A stretch of 64,000 bases of DNA from an uncultured Candidatus Peribacteria bacterium (lineage in GTDB: Bacteria; Patescibacteriota; Gracilibacteria; UBA1369; 2-02-FULL-48-14), in assembly GCA_964441065.1 (NCBI GenBank), contig CAYTWD010000001.1:73285-137284 (forward strand), given 5' to 3'. The translations under genes were made by a program, and so were the position numbers. The notes beneath the pieces are model-generated. The model was not told the DNA's origin and did not search any database. It worked only from the letters and a program-made list of their open reading frames with translations. This document shows positions 46,502-54,389 of this stretch, piece by piece. Every line of letters begins with the position of its first letter. The stretch's first letter is position 1.

Positions 46502-48144
46502 TAGTAAACCAATTTTAAATAACAGTCGTCACAATATACTTTTTCTTGGCGTTCAGGTTCAAAAGTGCTTTCTATTTCAATCTGACAACCATAACATTTT
46601 CGTTTCCAAAGGCTTTGAGGGTTTCTCATTGAAAGTCTGTCTTTGTGCCTTTGATTTGGACATCGCAGAGGTATTGGCAACTTCATTTTTCTATAAAACT
46701 CCAACTCTTGTGGAATTAATTTATAAAGTTTCCCGCTTACTTCACATTTTAAAATTTGCTTTAAAATTTCGTCGCTAACTTCATTAATATTTTTTGGAAT
46801 TTCAGCATGTGGGCCTTGATATGAACTAATTTCATCCTCATCTTTCCAATGATAACCCAACTTTAAGGCCTCCTCTTTTTCCAGTGGAAAATATTCATTT
46901 GCAACAGTCTCGTTATATCCAAATGCAGATTTATTAATTGGAAAAAACTCACCCCATTCGCCGGTCTTCTTCATATGATCAATAATTCGTGCCACAAGTT
47001 TTTCGTATTCTTCTTTTGAATATTGTTTATTTAAAATGCAATACTCTGAATTTTTCATTCCACTGCATCCAAATAAGTTTTTTGAATTATGACAATTATG
47101 AGAGTAGAAACTATCAGATAGTTTATTGCAAAACATTGAGAAAAGCAGATTTCTATTTTGATATGCCGCCAAATATTCATAACAAAGTTCATTCTCCTCA
47201 GTGAAATTATTGTCGTAACAATCCTTCAAATCAACCACTTGCATACAATAGGCAACGTCTTCACATTTATCTGTAAAATACGAATTTTTAGCATTTTTTG
47301 ACTGAAAAATATAATTTCCGCTTACATTTTCCACATTTCTACTCTGCATAAATCTGTGAGGGATTTCCAATTTTAATTTCTGCAACTCAGTTTTTAATTT
47401 TTGAGTGACTTCGGGATCGCACAAATTCAATTTTCTTTTAAACTCCTCGTAATCTTCTTTACTTAATTGCTTGTTAAAAACGCAATATTGCTTTTTTCTA
47501 AGACCCGCGCATCCAATGCAGTCACTGCATCCTTGCAAATCATAACAATAAATCAGATGATCTGAAGTGTGACAGTCTTGGCAGTAAAAACACTCGTAAA
47601 GTTTTCTTGAATCTACACATTCATAAGAATACTGACATTCTCGAACGACTAATGTATCAAGGCATTCAAGTGAGTAATAAGGGGAACCATAATAACATTT
47701 GTCAGAATATACGGATCCAAAAATCAAATAAGAATCTTTCACATTACCAACGTAATTACAAAAACTGCTATTTTCCGAATTCCATACTGACAGTGCAAGT
47801 TGCGGCACGTCTTGATAAAGTTCCTTAAATTGTTCAAAAAAAGGTCGATTAAAATCAAAATCACGCCCGTAATCGAGAGGATCCCACTTGTCACTCCACC
47901 ATTCATCAACATCATAAACGGTAATCTCACCGTCTTCCGAATAATTTGAAATTAAACTTTTTCCACTTAGGCCGGATTTTCTGTGATAAAGACTGCGTTC
48001 GTTTCTATGTGCGTATCTTCTCCGTCTTCTCTCCTCCGGACACAAAGTTGGCAATGGAACTCTTACTTTTTCATAAAAAGCTTGATCCGCATCTGTGATC
48101 ACGAACTCTTTTCCTGAAACGGTACATGTTTTTTTAATTTCCAT
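46501..48144 (-). CDS. Cys-rich double-zinc-ribbon-capped family protein, paralog P2
   Basis: 547 aa, 30 Cys by hand count. A TAATG junction joins it to P1, and it starts 3 nt after the csaA stop. Confidence 0.8.
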   Translation of the reverse strand: MEIKKTCTVSGKEFVITDADQAFYEKVRVPLPTLCPEERRRRRYAHRNERSLYHRKSGLSGKSLISNYSEDGEITVYDVDEWWSDKWDPLDYGRDFDFNRPFFEQFKELYQDVPQLALSVWNSENSSFCNYVGNVKDSYLIFGSVYSDKCYYGSPYYSLECLDTLVVRECQYSYECVDSRKLYECFYCQDCHTSDHLIYCYDLQGCSDCIGCAGLRKKQYCVFNKQLSKEDYEEFKRKLNLCDPEVTQKLKTELQKLKLEIPHRFMQSRNVENVSGNYIFQSKNAKNSYFTDKCEDVAYCMQVVDLKDCYDNNFTEENELCYEYLAAYQNRNLLFSMFCNKLSDSFYSHNCHNSKNLFGCSGMKNSEYCILNKQYSKEEYEKLVARIIDHMKKTGEWGEFFPINKSAFGYNETVANEYFPLEKEEALKLGYHWKDEDEISSYQGPHAEIPKNINEVSDEILKQILKCEVSGKLYKLIPQELEFYRKMKLPIPLRCPNQRHKDRLSMRNPQSLWKRKCYGCQIEIESTFEPERQEKVYCDDCYLKLVY

Positions 48145-48147
48145 AAT

Positions 48148-48480
48148 TTAAAATAATTTTGAACCCAAAGGCACTTCTTTATCCGGTTGCGCCAAAATAA
48201 CATCACCATTTTCATCAGGAAATCCAAGGGTCAGAACTTCGGAAATGAATGGACCGATTTGACGAGGTGGAAAGTTGGTGACGCCCATAACCATTCTCCC
48301 AATTAAATTCTCTTTTGAATAATGTTTTGTTATTTGAGCGGATGATTTTTTCAAACCAATTTCAGCCCCAAAATCGATCGTAAGTTTATAAGCCGGCTTT
48401 CTGGCCTCGGGGAAGCTTTCAACTTCCACAATTCGCCCCGCATGTATGTCTAATTTATTGAAATCTTCAATCGTCGTCAT
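48148..48480 (-). CDS. csaA: CsaA-type tRNA-binding domain protein (Trbp111/EMAPII-like OB fold)
   Basis: 110 aa. FNKLDIHAGRIVEVESFPEARKPAYKLTIDFG.EIG.KKSSAQIT......LIGRMVMGVTNFPPRQIG.F.SEVL.LG aligns along its whole length with B. subtilis CsaA as I remember it. Confidence 0.8.
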   Translation of the reverse strand: MTTIEDFNKLDIHAGRIVEVESFPEARKPAYKLTIDFGAEIGLKKSSAQITKHYSKENLIGRMVMGVTNFPPRQIGPFISEVLTLGFPDENGDVILAQPDKEVPLGSKLF

Positions 48481-48551
48481 AATTATTTTTTAATAGAGCC
48501 AAATTATAGCATTTCTTGTAAAATTGTACATAATTGGAGCTTGTAATTTGT

Positions 48552-48569
48552 ATTATAACAGGTTATAAT
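48552..48569. promoter_or_regulatory. Inverted repeat ATTATAAC-ag-GTTATAAT in the divergent csaA / TrmB-like intergenic region
   Basis: Perfect 8-bp arms, 27 nt upstream of the TrmB-like ATG at 48596. The right arm also reads as a -10-like TATAAT. Confidence 0.35.
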
Positions 48570-48595
48570 AACTGTAGAAACTTTTTTACAACAAT

Positions 48596-49354
48596 ATGCT
48601 TTCTGAAGAATTAATTAGGCTCGGACTGTCAAAAGAAGAGGCGAAAGTCTATTTAACTGTCTTGGAATTGGGAGGCTCTTTTGCAAGCGCGATTGCCAGA
48701 AAATCGAATACGCCGCGTGTAAATTGTTATTATATTTTGGAAAGCCTGAGAGAGAAGGGACTGATAACTTCAAATTTAAAAGGAAATGTAAAATTCTTTG
48801 TTGCTGAACCGCCTCAAGTTTTTGTGAATCAAGTTGAAGAAAAATTTATTCGAGCGCAGAAAATTCTTCCCGAATTGCTATCAGTAACTAACGCTCTCGC
48901 CTTCAAGCCAATTATCCGTTCTTATGAAGGCCTTGACGGTATTAAACAAATTTTTGAGCAGACTCTTGAGGCAAAATCAGAAGTGCTGGGCTACACAAAT
49001 CTTGAAGCGCTGGCTAATCTTTTGCCTGATTACTTACCCGGATATATTAAAAAAATGGTGAAAAAAAGAATAAAGATTCGTCTACTTTCACCTTCAACCG
49101 ATGCCGCAAGAAAATTTATTAAAAAATTCTATCCGAAAAATTTCCCCGAAGAATTAGTCGAAATTTTATTTGTAAACCCAAATGAATTCGCCTTCGAAAA
49201 TCAAATCTCAATTTACGATAACTTCGTCGCAATCATGTCTCTTAATCCGCAGGAATTGATGGGTGTCCATATGCAATCAGGTGTATACGCGCGTACTCAA
49301 AAGGCGATTTTTGACCTTTCTTGGCTAGGCGCGACTTCATTCGTGGCTCAGTAA
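48596..49354 (+). CDS. TrmB-family HTH transcriptional regulator (paralog 3 of 3)
   Basis: 252 aa. EEAKVYLTVLELGGSFASAIARKSNTPRVNCYYILESLREKGLI and SYEGLDGIKQIF are present. Confidence 0.75.
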   Translation: MLSEELIRLGLSKEEAKVYLTVLELGGSFASAIARKSNTPRVNCYYILESLREKGLITSNLKGNVKFFVAEPPQVFVNQVEEKFIRAQKILPELLSVTNALAFKPIIRSYEGLDGIKQIFEQTLEAKSEVLGYTNLEALANLLPDYLPGYIKKMVKKRIKIRLLSPSTDAARKFIKKFYPKNFPEELVEILFVNPNEFAFENQISIYDNFVAIMSLNPQELMGVHMQSGVYARTQKAIFDLSWLGATSFVAQ

Positions 49355-51000
49355 ACCTCCGCCAAATAACAAGATTCACAGTACACTTTTTCAGGTCTAT
49401 CCGGCGAATAACTGGTCTCAATTTCCTTCGAGCATTTCGCACAATTTCTTGTCCAAGTTCTATTTGGATTTCTGGAATGAATTCGCATTTCATTTCTAGT
49501 TTCAGGAGCAAAATGAGGGATTGGAATACCAATTTGTCTATATAATTTCAACTCTTGTGGAGTAATTCTGTAAGGTCTTCCGGTTTTTTCACATGTAAAA
49601 GTTTGAGACAAAATTTCATCGCTTACATCGTGAATTGAATCAGGAATATTCTGTGTTTTTATGTCACGAATTTCTTCATCATGCCATTTTAAACCCTCAG
49701 CTAAAATCTCTTCTTTTGTTCTAGGAACAAAATCTTGAGCAACAGTTTCATTATAGGCAAAATAAGAATATTTCATTGGCAAAAATTCTCCCCATTCACC
49801 GGTTTTTCGCATATGTTCAATTATTCTTGCTTTCAAAATTTCATATTCCTCTTTTGAATATTGTTTATTAAAAATACAGTAATTTAAATGATGCATATTT
49901 GAGCATCCAAAAACATTATTACAGTATGCGACGGTGTCTGAATAAAGAACATTGCTTCCGTACCAAATGAATGAAGAGAACGCGCCATTTGTAACTCCCG
50001 GAACTCCAATCACCTCATATTCCAACTCTGATTTATGACCAATATGACTACAACTCATAGCGTCTTTCAAAACCCATCCGCCCAAAAATACATCCTTTAA
50101 ATCTTCAGCAGGACCATAAATATCGAAACAATTTTCACAATTTTTATCATCTTTAAGTTTATCGCCAACGCAATTTTCACAATTTAAAATATCCGCGTAT
50201 AAAACGGGTACGCTTAGTTTAAATTTATTAAATTCCTCTCGCATTTTTTCAACACCGCTCCAAGAATCAAGTCGCATTTCTTTTAATTTTGAAGAGTATT
50301 CTTCCGGTGAATATTGCTTATTGAAAATTTGATATTTTTCCCCACGAAGCCCAACGCATCCAATACAATTTTCACAACTTCTACAATCAAATAAAAATGC
50401 AGAATCGCGGCAATTATGGCTATTTTGAGCGTATTTTAAGTTGTAACAATGCGAACAATCTATACAATCGTAACTTAATTCAGCATGATTAACCCAGTAC
50501 AAATCGGAAACGTCTCTACACCAAAAACAAAAAACTGAATTTAATGCGTCTTCATTAAAATCTCCACCGAAAACCAAGTAAGAATTTTTATTGTCTGTTG
50601 TTAAATTGCAATATTCACTATTCTCACCGTTAGAATTCAAAAGTGAGAGATGAGGAACGGCTTTTCGCAACTCATCAAATTGTTCAAAAAAAGGCCTGTT
50701 AAAATCAAAATCTCGCCCGTAATCCAGTGGATTCCACTTATCGCTCCACCAAACATCTTGCGCGAGAACTTTGATTTTTTTATCGGGTGAATAAATCGAA
50801 ATTATTTCTTTACCTGTTAAATCGCATTTATCTTTGTAAATTTTCCTCTCATTTCTGTGTGTAAATCGACGTTGATGTCTGTGCTCAATACACAAATTCG
50901 GCAGAGGAAATCCGCCCATTTTCTTCAAATGTTCCTGCTCCCATTCATTCACAATGAATTCTTTTGAGCAAATTCGGCAGTTTTGTTTGATTTCTTTCAT
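49348..51000 (-). CDS. Cys-rich double-zinc-ribbon-capped family protein, paralog P3
   Basis: 550 aa with the family architecture. The N-terminal ribbon is CRIC...CIEH, and the first C-terminal ribbon is degenerate (CEKTG ... FAPETR). Confidence 0.8.
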   Translation of the reverse strand: MKEIKQNCRICSKEFIVNEWEQEHLKKMGGFPLPNLCIEHRHQRRFTHRNERKIYKDKCDLTGKEIISIYSPDKKIKVLAQDVWWSDKWNPLDYGRDFDFNRPFFEQFDELRKAVPHLSLLNSNGENSEYCNLTTDNKNSYLVFGGDFNEDALNSVFCFWCRDVSDLYWVNHAELSYDCIDCSHCYNLKYAQNSHNCRDSAFLFDCRSCENCIGCVGLRGEKYQIFNKQYSPEEYSSKLKEMRLDSWSGVEKMREEFNKFKLSVPVLYADILNCENCVGDKLKDDKNCENCFDIYGPAEDLKDVFLGGWVLKDAMSCSHIGHKSELEYEVIGVPGVTNGAFSSFIWYGSNVLYSDTVAYCNNVFGCSNMHHLNYCIFNKQYSKEEYEILKARIIEHMRKTGEWGEFLPMKYSYFAYNETVAQDFVPRTKEEILAEGLKWHDEEIRDIKTQNIPDSIHDVSDEILSQTFTCEKTGRPYRITPQELKLYRQIGIPIPHFAPETRNEMRIHSRNPNRTWTRNCAKCSKEIETSYSPDRPEKVYCESCYLAEVY

Positions 51001-52634
51001 TGTATTTCAGCCAGATAACATTTTTCACAATACACTTTCTCTTTTCGTTCTGGAGCATATGTTGTTTTAATTTCTACTCCACATTTCAAGCAATTTCGAT
51101 CCCAAAGTTTTCGTGGGTTTTCAAGAGAAAGTCTTTCTTTGTGTCTGCATTCAAAGCATTTTTTTGGTATTGGTAAGCCCATTTTTCGGTAGAATTTTAA
51201 TTCTTGCGGAATAATTTTGTAATTTTTATGACACACAATACAGGCCAAAATTTCGTTTAAAATATTGTCACCAACTAAACCAATATCATTTGGAATTGAA
51301 TAAGTTTGCGCTAAATAAGATTTTTTATCTTCATCACGCCATTGCATATTTCTGCTCAAAGCTTCATCCTTGCTCAGCGGATAAAAATCGTTAGCTTTTG
51401 ATTCGTTGTATCCAAAAACACTTAATTCGAAAGGAAAAAATTCACCGTATTCATTTTTGCTAAGCATTTTCTCTTTTATTTTCACCAACATTTTTTTGTA
51501 CTCATTTTCACTATATTGTTTGTTTAATATGCAGAATTTATTTCCTTTCAAACTCATGCAACCAAAGGAATCGTGTGAGCTTTGGCAATTATCACAATAT
51601 TCAAGATTACTCGACTGGTAACAAAGATTGCAGAATTTACTAAAAGTTAGATCGATTGCCGCCTGCGCTTCATATAAACATTCACCGTTAGCAATTCTTG
51701 TATTGTCCATTGAGTCTTTCATTTCCATACAGTCCAAAAGATACCTGCCGTCTTCCACGTTCCATACATTATAGCAGTGACTCGCATTCTTTGAATTCAC
51801 AATGTAATTACCGGTACAATTTTCGCTGTTTTTATCCCAAAAATATTTCACAGGTATTTCAAGCCGCAGTTGTTTATATTTTTCTAAAAACTCATTTCTA
51901 AAATCTGGATTAGAATTTAATTTTTTTAGAGTTTTTTCATATTCTTCTTTTGAAACCTCTGCATTTAAAATCATAAATTCTTTTCTTCTCAAGCCAGCGC
52001 AACCGATCAAATTATTTGAAGCACGACAGTCAAAGCAAAGATATGAAAAAGTTAAATTCAGGCAGTTTTCCAGATAAGAGGAGTTATAACAATTATCGGA
52101 ATCGTTACAAAAGTAACAATTTTCAACATTTGAACACATGTAAAGATCCATACTGTCCTTACATATTTGGGCGAAGTCGACATAATAAACATCCTCACAT
52201 ATTCTTAATGAATTCCCCATATAACAATTTCTATTTTTCCCACTATGAACCGTGTAATCCGAATTTTCGCTCATGGTTTGATACATCGCAATTCTAGGTA
52301 CTTTCGACCGCATTTCAGCAAATTGTTCAAAAAATGGTCTGTCGAAATCAAAATCAATTCCGTATTTAATCGGGTCAAATTTATCACTCAAAAAACAATC
52401 TTTGCAGTACACCGGAAAGGGCTTATCACTCGAATAAATTGAAATAATAGTATTTTGGCACATGTCACAAGAACGTTTGTAAAAAATTCTGTCATTTCTA
52501 AAAACCAATCGTCTTTGATTTCTACAATCCGGGCAAAGTGACGGAGTGGGAACTTCAAATTTCTTAAAAAATTCAAAATCCCCAGATTCAAGATTGAAGT
52601 TTTGCCTGCACACTTTACAGCTTTTTGTTTCCAT
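50997..52634 (-). CDS. Cys-rich double-zinc-ribbon-capped family protein, paralog P4
   Basis: 545 aa, 37 Cys by hand count. All four terminal CxxC...CxxC ribbons are intact. ATGA junction with P3. Confidence 0.8.
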   Translation of the reverse strand: METKSCKVCRQNFNLESGDFEFFKKFEVPTPSLCPDCRNQRRLVFRNDRIFYKRSCDMCQNTIISIYSSDKPFPVYCKDCFLSDKFDPIKYGIDFDFDRPFFEQFAEMRSKVPRIAMYQTMSENSDYTVHSGKNRNCYMGNSLRICEDVYYVDFAQICKDSMDLYMCSNVENCYFCNDSDNCYNSSYLENCLNLTFSYLCFDCRASNNLIGCAGLRRKEFMILNAEVSKEEYEKTLKKLNSNPDFRNEFLEKYKQLRLEIPVKYFWDKNSENCTGNYIVNSKNASHCYNVWNVEDGRYLLDCMEMKDSMDNTRIANGECLYEAQAAIDLTFSKFCNLCYQSSNLEYCDNCQSSHDSFGCMSLKGNKFCILNKQYSENEYKKMLVKIKEKMLSKNEYGEFFPFELSVFGYNESKANDFYPLSKDEALSRNMQWRDEDKKSYLAQTYSIPNDIGLVGDNILNEILACIVCHKNYKIIPQELKFYRKMGLPIPKKCFECRHKERLSLENPRKLWDRNCLKCGVEIKTTYAPERKEKVYCEKCYLAEIQ

Positions 52635-54218
52635 TTAGTATACAGAAGCCAAATAACACGTCTCGCAGTATACAATCTCGGGTCTGTCTGGGGAATAGCT
52701 GGTTTTTATTTCTGTTCCGCATTTTGCGCATGCGCGGGACCAAAGTTTTCTGGGATTTTTCCAACGTAATAATTCTTTTTCTCTGCATTCGTGACAGCAA
52801 GTCGGATTTTGTTGGCCTAATTTATCGTAAAGTGCTTTTTCCTGCTTGATTATTTGGAATTTTTTACCGCATTCAACACAATTTAATGCGCTGATTTCAT
52901 TTGGAATTATATTTACATCTTTCCACGCATAATTTTTTGCCAAACATTCTTCTTTTGATAAAGTAAAATAATCTTGAGCGATACTTTCGTTATATGCGTG
53001 AGGTGAAATAAAAGCCGGGAAGAACTCGCCATATTCTCCGGTTTTTCGCATGTGTTCAATTATTTGCAAACGCAATTTTTCATATTCTTCTTTTGAATAT
53101 TTTTTGTTCAAAATGCAGTATTCGTTTTTTGTATGGAAACCGTCACAGCCAAACGAATTGGATAGATAAAAACATGAATATAAATACTCTGAAAAAGGTG
53201 AGGCGCAAGTACAATACGAGAATTTTGTCATATAATTTTTTTCACCGCCGCTACACATTTCGTAACAAAGTTCTATTTCTTTATCGTGCATGCACATATC
53301 CATGCAATCTTTAACACCCGCGCATTCCACCAAATATTTTGAATCCTGAACCTCAAAGCTATCAAAAGACTCATAAGTATTTTTACAATTATATAAGTAA
53401 TCTCCGGTTGAATTTTCACAATTGAACTGAACCACGGCGCGTTTTGGAAGTATTGAAGAAAATGCCATAAATTCCTTAAGAATTTCATCGGGATTTTTTG
53501 ATTTGTATTCATTCATAATTTTCTCAAATTCTTCCTTGCCAACTTCTTTATTTTTAAAACAGTAATTTTTATTTCTGAGCCCGAAACACATAAAAGAATT
53601 TTGCATGTTTGAACAATCCTCCAAGTATGATGAAAATGAACAAGATTTGCAATTTAATAAAAAGCCGGAAAAATAACAGGAATCACAATTTGTTGAATTA
53701 AAAACCAGCTCGCATTTGTTAAGAATATTACTGTTAATACAATCTTTGCAGTTCTGACTTTTTCTTGTGTAAATACAGCCTTCCGATAAATATGTGCCTG
53801 GACTCATGTATGTATTTTTTGAGAAAGCCAAAAATGAATTATAGTCTGAATTTTCATTATTTAATTGAAGCAAATTGGCTTTTGGGAGAGCATTCATTAA
53901 CTCTTTAAATTGTTCAAAAAAAGATCGATTAAAATCAAAATCTCGGCCGTAACTTTCAGGATTCCATTTTTCACTCCACCAACAATTTGTGCAGTAAACG
54001 GGAAAAACCGTATCAGCATCAAAAAAAGAAATCATGTTTTTTTTGCAAAAATCACATTCTCTTTTGTACAGATTTTTCTCGTTTCTCATCATCAACCTTC
54101 TTTGAAGTCGGCATTCTCCGCAAAATTTTGGCTCAGGAACGTTAATTTTTTCATAAAAAGAAGAATCTCCTTCTGTAATTTCAAATTCTCTCGAGCAATT
54201 TTTACAATTTTTAATCAT
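52635..54218 (-). CDS. Cys-rich double-zinc-ribbon-capped family protein, paralog P5
   Basis: 527 aa. All four terminal ribbons are intact. Its stop codon directly abuts the P4 start (TAAATG). Confidence 0.8.
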   Translation of the reverse strand: MIKNCKNCSREFEITEGDSSFYEKINVPEPKFCGECRLQRRLMMRNEKNLYKRECDFCKKNMISFFDADTVFPVYCTNCWWSEKWNPESYGRDFDFNRSFFEQFKELMNALPKANLLQLNNENSDYNSFLAFSKNTYMSPGTYLSEGCIYTRKSQNCKDCINSNILNKCELVFNSTNCDSCYFSGFLLNCKSCSFSSYLEDCSNMQNSFMCFGLRNKNYCFKNKEVGKEEFEKIMNEYKSKNPDEILKEFMAFSSILPKRAVVQFNCENSTGDYLYNCKNTYESFDSFEVQDSKYLVECAGVKDCMDMCMHDKEIELCYEMCSGGEKNYMTKFSYCTCASPFSEYLYSCFYLSNSFGCDGFHTKNEYCILNKKYSKEEYEKLRLQIIEHMRKTGEYGEFFPAFISPHAYNESIAQDYFTLSKEECLAKNYAWKDVNIIPNEISALNCVECGKKFQIIKQEKALYDKLGQQNPTCCHECREKELLRWKNPRKLWSRACAKCGTEIKTSYSPDRPEIVYCETCYLASVY

Positions 54219-54389
54219 ACATTCAGAATGTAAAAAAATACTTAATAATCCAGTTATAGCGGCTTCTAAGAAGATTGATTATTAAGACGACAATAAAAAT
54301 ATGAATGATTTGCATGCAAGCATCTTAGCATTCCATGGGTTGCCACAAAAGTCCTTTATCTGTAAAATGAGCGGGATTTACCGATTTAT

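Noticed and set aside
52388-52849. Small ORFs (95, 61 and 74 aa) spanning the P4/P5 junction
   Set aside because: They overlap the conserved termini of two family members in other frames. The TAAATG junction of P5 and P4 accounts for the region.
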